DNA of 32,000 nt from Sedimentisphaera cyanobacteriorum (GTDB lineage Bacteria > Planctomycetota > Phycisphaerae > Sedimentisphaerales > Sedimentisphaeraceae), in contig NZ_CP019633.1 in NCBI RefSeq assembly GCF_001997385.1, forward strand, positions 2,370,001 through 2,402,000. The letters are read 5' to 3'. Positions 9,497-17,632 of the stretch are shown piece after piece. Within the stretch, counting starts at the first letter, position 1. Each line of letters starts with the position of its first letter. The translations under genes were made by a program, and so were the position numbers. The notes under the pieces were generated by a model. It searched no databases and was not told where the DNA came from. It saw only the letters and a program-made list of their open reading frames with translations.

Positions 9497-10495
9497 ATGA
9501 AAAAAACATTTTCTAATATTGCAAGGATAGTAATAGGTGTAGGTGCTGTGGCTCTTCTGCTGAGCACTCAGGATATATCGGAATTAGCCGCGTCATTCTC
9601 GAAGATAAAGCCTTTGATGTTTCTGGCAGCGGTTTTGCTGTTCTTAACTGCCCAGTCGATGGTTGGGCTGAGGTGGAAATATCTGCTCGGCCTGATAGAC
9701 ATAAAGGTTTCCAGCCTCGCTTCCGTGAAGCTCACATACGTGGGCTTTTTCTACAACAACGTAATGCTCAGTTTTGTGGGCGGAGATGTGCTGCGCGCCT
9801 GGTATATCACCCACCATACCGGCCATAAGAAGATGGAGGCGGCTTTCAGCGTTATTGTAGACCGCTTTTGCGGTCTTGCAGCCTCGCTTATCCTTGCCGG
9901 GGTAGGCCTGCTCTATTCATACAGGCTCATTTCATCTGCAGACGATTCATCGAAAGAGATCCGCGGGTTAGAAACGATCCTTGCGGGAGGGGCTTTTCTG
10001 GTCGTTTTGGCAGCTGCTGCATTTTTTATCCTTAGAAAAACCACCTTTATGCTGAAGCTCTGGGATAAGATTCGACATAAAGTTCTTCGCCTTCTGGAGG
10101 CAGTTAAGGTTTATGCAGGCAGTCCGTTTAAGATGTTTCTTGCTGTTGTTTTTACTCTGCTGATTCAGCTTTGCAGCATCTCAGGGTTTTATTTGGTTTG
10201 CAGCTCTGCAGGAATCGAAGCAGATTTCCGCTACTACGCAGCCTTTTTCCCGCTCTGCTGGATGATAGGCTCTCTGCCCATAAGCCCGGGAGGTTTGGGG
10301 GTTTTAGAAGTTGGCATTTCCGCTGCCTTCTCGCTTCTGCCTGAGGTAAGCCCTGAACAGGCCGTTACAATAGCAATTTGCCAGCGTCTTGTGCTTCTGG
10401 TAGGCTCTCTGCCAGGGCTTGCGATACATCTTTCAGGGCTGCATATGCCCGCTAAAGCTGCCGAAGACCTTGAAAACAAGGATATTCCGCTTTGA
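9497..10495 (+). CDS. UPF0104 / lysylphosphatidylglycerol-synthase-TM-region family membrane protein (flippase-like)
   Basis: It is a polytopic membrane protein. The GGDVLRAWY motif and overall layout are typical of the LPG_synthase_TM family. The ATG at 9497 is preferred over the TTG at 9494. Confidence 0.7.
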   Translation: MKKTFSNIARIVIGVGAVALLLSTQDISELAASFSKIKPLMFLAAVLLFLTAQSMVGLRWKYLLGLIDIKVSSLASVKLTYVGFFYNNVMLSFVGGDVLRAWYITHHTGHKKMEAAFSVIVDRFCGLAASLILAGVGLLYSYRLISSADDSSKEIRGLETILAGGAFLVVLAAAAFFILRKTTFMLKLWDKIRHKVLRLLEAVKVYAGSPFKMFLAVVFTLLIQLCSISGFYLVCSSAGIEADFRYYAAFFPLCWMIGSLPISPGGLGVLEVGISAAFSLLPEVSPEQAVTIAICQRLVLLVGSLPGLAIHLSGLHMPAKAAEDLENKDIPL

Positions 10496-10509
10496 GCCGT
10501 TTTTTTGTT

Positions 10510-10537
10510 TTGACAATCCTCCATTTTTCACTAAAGT
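10510..10537 (+). promoter_or_regulatory. Sigma-70-like promoter candidate for the histone-like gene
   Basis: TTGACA (10510..10515), 16-nt spacer, TAAAGT (10532..10537). The AAGGAG RBS at 10585..10590 lies 6 nt before ATG 10597. Confidence 0.35.
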
Positions 10538-10596
10538 TTCAGCAACAGTCATAATCAAATAATAAACAGTTAACATTTTAAGACCAAGGAGTTGGC

Positions 10597-10765
10597 AATG
10601 CAGGAATTTGATACTCTTAAAACTCTTGTTGAAGAAGCTGAAATGGAATTACAGAAGGCTGAAAACGGCAATAAAGCCGCTGGTACAAGAGTGCGCAAGA
10701 AAATGCAGGACATTAAAGCATCTGCCCAGACAATCAGGGCAAAAGTTCTTGAAATGCGCGACTAA
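10597..10765 (+). pseudogene. Bacterial histone-H1-like small DNA-binding protein gene with an apparent +1 nt frameshift
   Basis: Frame 1 (10597..10716) reads MQEFDTLKTLVEEAEMELQKAENGNKAAWYKSAQENAGH*. From 10682 in the next frame it reads GTRVRKKMQDIKASAQTIRAKVLEMRD* (stop at 10763..10765). Removing one T at 10680/10681 restores the family-typical GNKAAGTRVRK...AQxIR continuity in a 55-aa protein. Confidence 0.6.
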
Positions 10766-10789
10766 AATCTGAAATTTAGGATTACTCGG

Positions 10790-11263
10790 ATGCCTCCTAA
10801 ACTACTTTTCGACATAGATAACATTGATTTGAGCCGAGTGCTCTTTGACAAAACTGAAATATTAAAGTATAACCCGCAAAACTACGAGATGCAGCAGCTT
10901 GACGGTATCATCTGGTATGACGATGAGAAACATTATTCTGTAGGCTTTAAAGACGTAACAGACGATGAGTTTTGGGTGCGAGGCCATATTCCCGGCAGAC
11001 CTATTATGCCCGGGGTGATTATGGTGGAAGCAGCTGCCCAGCTTTCGAGCCTTTATATGAAAAAGATATACGGCCTTAATGGGTTTATTGGCTTTGCGGG
11101 TATTGAATCGGCAAACTTCAGAGGTACGGTAGTACCCGGAGACAGGCTGATAATGCTCTGTCATATATGCAAAATGCGGAGCAGGAAATATACTGCAAAA
11201 GTGCAGGGGCTCGTTGACGGCACGATGGTGTTTGCCTGCGAGATTTCAGGGATGAATGTTTAG
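10790..11263 (+). CDS. fabZ: FabZ-like 3-hydroxyacyl-ACP dehydratase (hotdog fold)
   Basis: GHIPGRPIMPGVIMVEAAAQL matches the FabZ/FabA active-site block HFPxxPxMPGVLxxEAxAQ. At 157 aa it is the right size. Confidence 0.75.
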   Translation: MPPKLLFDIDNIDLSRVLFDKTEILKYNPQNYEMQQLDGIIWYDDEKHYSVGFKDVTDDEFWVRGHIPGRPIMPGVIMVEAAAQLSSLYMKKIYGLNGFIGFAGIESANFRGTVVPGDRLIMLCHICKMRSRKYTAKVQGLVDGTMVFACEISGMNV

Positions 11264-11286
11264 GCGGTAAAGTTTTCCGAAAAGCT

Positions 11287-11323
11287 GTAAACTGCCCCGA
11301 GGCGGTTTACGGCTTTTTTGTTT
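11287..11323 (+). terminator. Rho-independent terminator
   Basis: The 10-bp stem gtaaactgcc (11287..11296) pairs with ggcggtttac (11301..11310) with one G-U pair and loop ccga. It is followed by ggcttttttgttt. Confidence 0.75.
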
Positions 11324-11338
11324 CGGTATTTCTGATTT

Positions 11339-12469
11339 ATGATTTTGCAGGACAGTTTTTTGGAAGAACTAATCAAATTTAATGTAAAAACCAAGCCTTC
11401 AGAGGCTGGGGAGTATCCGGTTGTTATAGGCAGCGGAATAATCTCAAAGCCGCTTATAGAAAGCTTTGCGGAAGGGCGAAGGAATTTTATCGTTACCGAT
11501 GAAAACGTCGAATCAGCATCTCTGTGCTCGGAATTTAAAGCCCAAGACGATAAATTCATAATCTCTCCCGCAGGCGAAATCAGCAAAAACATAAAAACCG
11601 TGATAGAGATTGTGGAGGCGATGGAAGCAGCCGGCTTCGGACGAGATTCCGTAATTACCGGACTCGGCGGAGGAACTGTGGGCGATATGGCCGGTTTCGC
11701 TGCTGCTATCTTCAAAAGAGGCGTACCTGTAATACACATCCCAACTAGCACAGTTGCTCAGGCAGATTCGAGCATTGGCGGTAAAACGGGCGTAGATTCA
11801 TCAATCAGCAAAAACGCCTTCGGTGCATTCCATCATCCAGCCGCAGTAATCATAGACACCCACACCCTCAAAACGCTCCCCGAAAGGGAATATCTCTCAG
11901 GACTCGCTGAATCGGTAAAGCATGGGCTGATTATGGACAGCGGTTATTTCAGCTTCATTGAAAATAATACAGCCGAGCTGATCGGGCGCGGAGACCAAGC
12001 CTTGAAGCATCTGGCAAAAGAGAACTGCAGGATAAAGGCAAGGGTTGTGGAAGAAGACCCGTGCGAAAAGAATCAGCGGCGAATCTTAAACTACGGCCAT
12101 ACAATCGGGCATGCCGTGGAAACTCTCAGCAACTGCAAACTCCTGCACGGAGAATGCGTTTCGATAGGCATAATCGCTGCGGGGCTTATAGAAATTGAGC
12201 TTGGCATAGGCTCAAAGCAGAGACTCGAAAGAATCGAGAACCTCTTGAATAAGCTGTCTTTGCCCGTCAGAATTCCCGATTATATCAGCAAAGATGATAT
12301 CCTAAGCCTGATAAAACACGATAAGAAGGCCGTTGACGGATGGCCGAGATTCGCACTTATAGAAGATATTGGAAAAGCTTATACAAAAGGCGGGCAGTGG
12401 GCTCATCCTGTGAACGCCCGGCTCGTGGAATCTGCTGTAAATCAGCTCAAACAGCAGGCAGCCCGCTAA
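11339..12469 (+). CDS. aroB: 3-dehydroquinate synthase
   Basis: GGGTVGDMAGFAAAIFKRGVPVIHIPTSTVAQADSSIGGKTGVD and NYGHTIGHAVE are canonical AroB motifs. The start has no obvious RBS, so the start coordinate is less certain. Confidence 0.9.
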   Translation: MILQDSFLEELIKFNVKTKPSEAGEYPVVIGSGIISKPLIESFAEGRRNFIVTDENVESASLCSEFKAQDDKFIISPAGEISKNIKTVIEIVEAMEAAGFGRDSVITGLGGGTVGDMAGFAAAIFKRGVPVIHIPTSTVAQADSSIGGKTGVDSSISKNAFGAFHHPAAVIIDTHTLKTLPEREYLSGLAESVKHGLIMDSGYFSFIENNTAELIGRGDQALKHLAKENCRIKARVVEEDPCEKNQRRILNYGHTIGHAVETLSNCKLLHGECVSIGIIAAGLIEIELGIGSKQRLERIENLLNKLSLPVRIPDYISKDDILSLIKHDKKAVDGWPRFALIEDIGKAYTKGGQWAHPVNARLVESAVNQLKQQAAR

Positions 12470-12616
12470 TCTGCGCTGATTTTGAACCGAAAACAGAGAC
12501 AATACCGCTATTAACATCTAAGCTCCTTTATGACAGCCCATTACACTACTCACCCAACCTGAATATCCAGTGGATTGGATGGTCGGAGCGTTGGTTTGCG
12601 ATGAATCGCCGTCGGG

Positions 12617-13963
12617 TTAGAGATTTTCCACTCTCAGCGTATCTGAGGGTCGTTTAACAGCGGCCTGCACAGCGGGCACAGCCGCCCCGAGCAGAGATGC
12701 GAGCAAAGCAAAGATAAAAACCGCCCCTATCACGCCGGGCTGGAGCTTATCGGGTATCTCATCGATTACATACATGCTCCGGTTCCAGAGCTGCCAGCCG
12801 TAATTCTCGAAGAGCCATCTTTCCAGCTCGTTTATCTTGCTGAGAAATGCCCAAGCACCAAGCGCTCCTGCTGCTGCCCCCAGAGCCCCTGTAAGCGATG
12901 CGAATTTAAGAAATACAGCCAGAACCGAATAATTCGAGAGTCCGCAGCTTTTCAGTATCCCGATATCCTTCGTTTTTCCGCTCACAATCAGCACAAACAC
13001 CACAAGCACCACGAAAACCGTTACGACCCCGATAAGCAGGAACATAATCGTAAGCATAATCTGCTCTTTCTCCACCGGAGCTATCACCTCGCTTCGATAC
13101 TGCTTCCAGCTTTCAGTCCGCACGTTCTCCAGCAGTTTCGGGTAAGGCCCTGCATAGCTTTTCCTGAATCCGGCAAGAACGTCTCTTGCCTCTCGGCACC
13201 CTGCCTGAAGCGTTGTATTCGGAGAAAAGCGAAGGTGCAGCGAAGTAATTCTCGGGCTCTGCCCTGCCATCCCGCAGAGCAGCTGCGCCTCTTCAAGAGG
13301 TACGTAGAAGTTGTAGTTATCTTCTTTTGCGAGCTTTGAGTTTGCGTCGTTCACAAGGCGGAAAGTTTTGCTGGAAGAGATATCCGCCCCCGCCTGTGCG
13401 GGCATACCACTTGGCGAAAGGGGGAATGTGGTAAGCGTGAATTCAAGGCCGGTATCGATTGAGTGGGTGTATTGTCCGTTTTGGCTGCGCTGATTCATCA
13501 TCGCAATCCCTCTGATGCAGCCTTCTGCTTGACTGCCATGCGTTTCGAAAACATCGCCCGCCTTGCCTGCAGGTTCGTAAAGGCTCCTGCAGAAACTCGT
13601 AACGCGGCAGTGTTTCTCGGGCAGGATACCGATAATATTCACGCCGATATTGCTCGGAAGAAGTCTGTTCGAGAGAAGGCCGTAGCTGTTTACAACAGGG
13701 CTTGCCGCTTCAATCTTTTCGCTCTCAAGCAGTTTGCCCGTGAGCTCTTCAAAGCCGGCGAAACCTGTCAGCGAGGTGGAGCTGATGATGCAGTCTCCGA
13801 AGAAATCGTGATTCCGCTCTTTGAAATCCAGCACAAGCCCGTTCATTATCGTCATCACAACGATAACTATAAACACAGACACCGCCACCGCACCGGCAGC
13901 GAGGAACGTTATAAGCCTTCTGCGGAAATACCTTGCCGCAAGGATGTTTTCGAGCCTGCTCAA
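12617..13963 (-). CDS. LolC/E-type (MacB/FtsX family) ABC transporter permease
   Basis: 448 aa. It has an N-terminal TM helix after AARYFRRR, a large periplasmic domain and a C-terminal FtsX-type three-helix bundle (KDIGILKSCGLS...). The start is TTG after GAGAAAGG. No ATPase partner lies in the window. Confidence 0.8.
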   Translation of the reverse strand: MSRLENILAARYFRRRLITFLAAGAVAVSVFIVIVVMTIMNGLVLDFKERNHDFFGDCIISSTSLTGFAGFEELTGKLLESEKIEAASPVVNSYGLLSNRLLPSNIGVNIIGILPEKHCRVTSFCRSLYEPAGKAGDVFETHGSQAEGCIRGIAMMNQRSQNGQYTHSIDTGLEFTLTTFPLSPSGMPAQAGADISSSKTFRLVNDANSKLAKEDNYNFYVPLEEAQLLCGMAGQSPRITSLHLRFSPNTTLQAGCREARDVLAGFRKSYAGPYPKLLENVRTESWKQYRSEVIAPVEKEQIMLTIMFLLIGVVTVFVVLVVFVLIVSGKTKDIGILKSCGLSNYSVLAVFLKFASLTGALGAAAGALGAWAFLSKINELERWLFENYGWQLWNRSMYVIDEIPDKLQPGVIGAVFIFALLASLLGAAVPAVQAAVKRPSDTLRVENL

Positions 13964-14062
13964 TGAATGCCTTTCTCAGAAAATATAAAGGGAATTTGAA
14001 GCCGATTCTCGGCTGGACATAATTCTACCCGCACCGGCAGAGAGGTCAACTGCGAGATGCTG

Positions 14063-14458
14063 CTATTTACCGATTAGGCCTTCAATTTGGGCATAGAGCT
14101 TTTCGGGCTGCTCAACATCTTTTATCCGAATACCGCTTCCTGCCCTGCTCTGCTGATATCCGCTAGCGGGCGTGGCGAGGAAGATTGTACCAAGGCCGAA
14201 ACGCTTCTGCACAACCCCCCTTCTCATGGAAGTTTCGGTGATTTTGTCGTATTTGATTGTTTTGTCCTGAGCTGTCAGAAAGCCCTCGGAATATTCAAGG
14301 CGGTCTTTGAAGAAGCGGTATTCGGTTTTTTCGTAGGTCTTCTTCTTGAAGATATACACCAAAGCCGGCACACCGAAAAAGAATAGAGCTCCGAAGAAAA
14401 CAAACGGCGCCCATTCGGGAATCCCGAGCTTCATAGCTTTGATTCCGCCCAAGCTCAT
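14063..14458 (-). CDS. bPH_2 (YdbS-like bacterial PH domain) membrane protein, possibly the 3' part of a split gene
   Basis: One TM helix (WAPFVFFGALFFFGVPALVYIF) is followed by IKYDKITETSMRRGVVQKRFGLGTIFLAT, typical of the membrane-flanked PH domain. It is in the same frame as ORF 14480..14689. Confidence 0.7.
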   Translation of the reverse strand: MSLGGIKAMKLGIPEWAPFVFFGALFFFGVPALVYIFKKKTYEKTEYRFFKDRLEYSEGFLTAQDKTIKYDKITETSMRRGVVQKRFGLGTIFLATPASGYQQSRAGSGIRIKDVEQPEKLYAQIEGLIGK

Positions 14459-14479
14459 CCCTCCAAGAAATCCTGCTCC

Positions 14480-14689
14480 TCAAGCCGTGAGAAACAGCTG
14501 GAGAGGAATAAAAGATACCACGCTAAGAACAGGATTGAACGTTGGGCTTATCCTTATAGACGGGCTGCAAGTATCCCGCATGCCGGATGCCTGCACGTCT
14601 TCGCTTGTGTTTACTGCGGTGGGCGTTCCGCAGCTGTCGCAAAACCTCGCATCATCGCTGATCTGTTTGCCGCATTTACTGCAATACAT
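14480..14689 (-). CDS. Zinc-ribbon domain protein with a hydrophobic C-terminus, possibly the 5' part of a split gene
   Basis: MYCSKCGKQISDDARFCDSCG carries CxxC...CxxC. The C-terminal PVLSVVSFIPLQLFLTA looks like half a TM helix and ends at TGA (14480..14482). There is a GGGGAAG RBS. Confidence 0.6.
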   Translation of the reverse strand: MYCSKCGKQISDDARFCDSCGTPTAVNTSEDVQASGMRDTCSPSIRISPTFNPVLSVVSFIPLQLFLTA

Positions 14690-14823
14690 ATTGCTTCCCC
14701 TGTAAATAAGTATATTTTAGAGCTTAATCTTTATGTCCAGTTAAGCTGATTTCGGCTAAAACAATTGCCCTGAAGCCAAGTTTCTGGATAATAACAGAAT
14801 CAAACTGATTACACAAGGTGAAT

Positions 14824-15657
14824 ATGCAAGTATTAACAGCAGAAAAATGCGGCTTCTGCCTCGGCGTTCGCAATGCGATTAAAATCGCCGAACAGACGCT
14901 CGAAAAGGAATCCCCCGTTTACAGCCTCGGGCCTGTGATACACAATCAGGATGTTGTCAGCAGGCTCGCCGAGATGGGGCTGGTTACGGTTGAAAGCCTC
15001 GATGATATCCCCGAAGGCACTGTCCTGATTCGTTCGCACGGGGCAACAAATGATATGATAGAACAGATCCAGAGGCGCGGGCTGCGCATTGTTGATGCAA
15101 CATGCGTTCTGGTTAAGCGGGTTCAGCAGAAGGCCTCCCGGCTTGAGGCTGAGGGCTGGAAGGTTGTGATAGCCGGAGACCCGCAGCACCCCGAGATAAT
15201 CTCAATCGCCGGGCATACCGAAGCGGCTGTGGTGGCAGAAACCCCCGAGCAGATGAAGGCTTTAGCCGCCTCGCACAAGAAAATGGCTCTGCTGTGCCAG
15301 ACAACGCAGTCTTACGGCTTCTTCTCCCGCATGGCTGCGGCAGCGGTAAACGCCGAATTCTCAGAGATAAGAGCCGTTAACACGCTGTGCAGAGAATCGC
15401 AGAGAAGGCAGCAGGCAGCCAGAGAGCTTTCCGAAAGAGTGGATGTGATGTTTGTTCTCGGCGGGCTCCACAGCGCAAACACTAGAAAACTCGCCGAGCT
15501 GTGCAGCGAAGGATGCAAAAACGTATATCACTTGCAGAATCTATCAGAACTCAAAGAACAGATGACCAGAAATTGCAGAACTGCAGGTATCACTGCTGGC
15601 GCCTCAACGCCGGACTGGGTGATTCAGGAATTCACACAAGAAATCCAGAAGCTTTGA
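14824..15657 (+). CDS. ispH: 4-hydroxy-3-methylbut-2-enyl diphosphate reductase
   Basis: GFCLGVRNAI, IRSHGA, DATCVLVKRV, QTTQS, NTLCRES and GGLHSANTRKL are IspH/LytB blocks, including the three Fe-S cysteines. ATG 14824 after AAGGTG is preferred to GTG 14818. Confidence 0.9.
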   Translation: MQVLTAEKCGFCLGVRNAIKIAEQTLEKESPVYSLGPVIHNQDVVSRLAEMGLVTVESLDDIPEGTVLIRSHGATNDMIEQIQRRGLRIVDATCVLVKRVQQKASRLEAEGWKVVIAGDPQHPEIISIAGHTEAAVVAETPEQMKALAASHKKMALLCQTTQSYGFFSRMAAAAVNAEFSEIRAVNTLCRESQRRQQAARELSERVDVMFVLGGLHSANTRKLAELCSEGCKNVYHLQNLSELKEQMTRNCRTAGITAGASTPDWVIQEFTQEIQKL

Positions 15658-15739
15658 ATGCAGGATTTCAGACCAGTTAAAAAACGAATCTGCAAAATTG
15701 AAAATATTAAAGCATTGCATTAATATCTTATCCTCAAGC

Positions 15740-15767
15740 TTGACAAGTGCAGGAGCTTCATTATAAT
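15740..15767 (+). promoter_or_regulatory. Consensus sigma-70 promoter pointing rightward into the IS insertion zone
   Basis: TTGACA (15740..15745), 16-nt spacer, TATAAT (15762..15767). Both hexamers are perfect. It lies 40 bp left of the IS5/IS1182-like element. Confidence 0.5.
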
Positions 15768-15806
15768 ATCATTTCAAGCGGTTGTCGGCACCTCTATATA
15801 GTCGTT

Positions 15807-17326
15807 CCTGAAAAATCAATGATTTTGGGGAAACTAAAAAAATATATCAGGCTAATCGAGTCTTTAATTTGCTTTTCATTGCCAAATTTCTGTAAAATTC
15901 AATAATTTTAAGCATAAAAATATAGGCAAAAGTAAACTTCTTTAGAAGTTTACGCATATTGTACCCAAAAGCGCTGCCGAGGGCGTTCATTTTGTCCCCT
16001 TCTACACCTTTCAAGAAGTTTCTTCCCAACCTGTTGTCTTCTTTGAGGTGGCCTATCGTTGGTTCTATGCGCGATCTTCTCTTAATCCACCTCTTGATAC
16101 TTCGTTTCTTTTTTCGCCAGCCCTTTTCTACAATTTCAACATTTCCAATATCTTCGCAGCCATGTTTCTTGTATCCTCCATCAACATAAACATCTCCAAG
16201 CTTTTCTCTCCCGATTAAATTCATTGTCTGCTTCAGATTAGCCCGAAGAGTATGGCCATCATAAGGGTTTCCTTCAAAGCCCAACGCTCCTACGATAAAA
16301 TTATTCTTGGCAGTAGTTACAATTCCAACCTTATTTCCAAACTCATATTTCTTGTGGCTTTTGCCTTTCCCAATGCAGCAGACGTGAGGTTCGTGAATAC
16401 TGTAGAGCTTATTTTTGCTTTTCTTTGTCTGGGCTAAAAGCTTCTTAGCGGCTTGAAGCAATGTATCAAAAATTATTCTTAACTGCTCATTGCCTGCTAT
16501 ATTCCGCTCGACCTCTTTCGTAATTCGCCGCAGGTAGTTCCTTAATTTCTTCACTTCTTTTTTAGCTCTTTTGAACTGTCTTGCACGTCGATACCTGCCC
16601 TGCATTACATACGCCCTTTTTCCAACCCTTTCGTAGCTTTGGCGAAGTTGGAGTTTTGATGCTTTTGCAAGATCTACAAGCTTAATGCGCAGTTTGTGGC
16701 AGAGTTTTGCGTCGGTCGGATAAGTGATGTTCTTCTGCTGAACGGTTGTATCTGCAACGAGCTTGTTGAAATCGTTCTTTTTGATAACCTTAAGCTTCAA
16801 GCCGGCTTTGATAGTTTCTTCGAGCAGCTCTTCAAGACCATCAGATTTTACCTTATTACGCCACTTAGTCATACTGGTTGGATCAATAGGAGGCTCGTGC
16901 TGGAAGTATCTTTCGCCGCAGAAATACTGCCAGTAAGGATTCTCAACCCAGCCGGCAACGATTGCTTCATCGCTGAGATTGAAAGTGTACTTGAGATACT
17001 GAAGGCCGACCATCAGGCGAATCGGCTTGGCCGGCCTGCCTGAATCAGGACTGTATAAACTGCCAAACTTCTCTTCAAAGCGAGACCAGTTGACAACCTC
17101 TGAGAGTTGGACTAAAGAGTGATCAGGATTTACAAGAGGTTTTAATGGCTGCTGAAAGAGTAAGCCTGCTTTATTGTTTTTTGCCTTCATTATTTTGTCC
17201 CAATATTGCAATGTTTTGATAGATGTAAGATAAACACTTGCAATATTATACCATATCTCGAAAGCTTTTCAATCATATAAACCATTATCAGGAAAGAATT
17301 TAAGGAAAATTTTAAACTTTTTCAGG
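15807..17326 (-). mobile_element. Intact IS5/IS1182-like insertion sequence (about 1520 bp)
   Basis: The ends are CCTGAAAAA (15807..15815) and TTTTTCAGG (17318..17326), which are inverted. The right boundary is fixed by where homology to the remnant at 23960..24389 stops. It carries a single transposase ORF. No target duplication is seen. The flanks tagtcg (15799..15804) and cgacta (17329..17334) are complementary. Confidence 0.8.
15847..17211 (-). CDS. IS5/IS1182-family DDE transposase (DUF772-type N-terminus)
   Basis: 454 aa. GRPAKPIRLMVGLQYLKYTFNLSDEAIVAGWVENPYWQYFCG is the typical IS5-superfamily N-terminal domain, and a DDE region follows. The track start is TTG. An ATG lies 7 codons in, at 17190. 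Confidence 0.85.
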   Translation of the reverse strand: MQYWDKIMKAKNNKAGLLFQQPLKPLVNPDHSLVQLSEVVNWSRFEEKFGSLYSPDSGRPAKPIRLMVGLQYLKYTFNLSDEAIVAGWVENPYWQYFCGERYFQHEPPIDPTSMTKWRNKVKSDGLEELLEETIKAGLKLKVIKKNDFNKLVADTTVQQKNITYPTDAKLCHKLRIKLVDLAKASKLQLRQSYERVGKRAYVMQGRYRRARQFKRAKKEVKKLRNYLRRITKEVERNIAGNEQLRIIFDTLLQAAKKLLAQTKKSKNKLYSIHEPHVCCIGKGKSHKKYEFGNKVGIVTTAKNNFIVGALGFEGNPYDGHTLRANLKQTMNLIGREKLGDVYVDGGYKKHGCEDIGNVEIVEKGWRKKKRSIKRWIKRRSRIEPTIGHLKEDNRLGRNFLKGVEGDKMNALGSAFGYNMRKLLKKFTFAYIFMLKIIEFYRNLAMKSKLKTRLA

Positions 17327-17632
17327 GGCGACTAAGTACAGCAGGGTCATTCGCTTTCTCGTGTATGTCTTCGCTGTAGAGGCACTCATTTGGACGTGTA
17401 AGTACAGCTGGGAGAAGGGTGTTGATTTTTCGATGATAAATTTTATTTTGCAGATTTGCGGTTTTTGGTAATATACAGGAAAGCGGGACGGGGTTTTCGA
17501 TTTACCGGCCTGCAGAGGCATATATAAAAAAAATTAACATCGCGGTGTAGCTCTCCCATAGAATTGAACACTTTAAATTAGACGGTTCCTGAATAATATA
17601 AACCAACTCAAATATTTAGAAAGGAACTTAAA

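Noticed and set aside
10597-10716. The 39-aa reading of the histone-like locus as a genuine intact small protein.
   Set aside because: Its last 11 residues (WYKSAQENAGH) replace the most conserved part of the family. The conserved sequence is present intact in the adjacent frame, so a frameshifted gene is the simpler reading.
12617-13963. A LolC/E-type permease without an adjacent ATPase, considered as a sign of an unusual transporter system linked to the zinc-ribbon/PH-domain gene.
   Set aside because: Orphan FtsX-type permease genes with the ATPase encoded elsewhere are common. A 99-bp gap and an own RBS-like signal separate it from the upstream gene. Nothing in the sequence ties the two together functionally.
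14480-14482. The in-frame TGA as a selenocysteine codon or a sign of a reassigned genetic code.
   Set aside because: TGA clearly terminates other well-defined genes in this window (ispH, the sulfatase at 20544, the IS5-like transposase). The position lies in a transmembrane helix rather than a redox motif, and I see no obvious SECIS-like hairpin immediately downstream. A nonsense mutation or a base-call error is more likely.
17312-17521. A 69-aa minus-strand ORF in the gap between the IS5-like element and IS3 copy A.
   Set aside because: It starts inside the non-coding gap and runs into the IS5-like end. It has no RBS and no motifs, and its composition is unlike neighbouring genes. The region is better treated as a non-coding leader or RNA candidate.
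17327-17545. Identity of the orphan leader with a known RNA family (RNase P, tmRNA, SRP, 6S, or common riboswitches such as TPP, B12, ZTP, glycine and fluoride).
   Set aside because: None of the signature sequences I can recall for these families is present by eye. Only a covariance-model scan could settle it, so no ncRNA feature is claimed.
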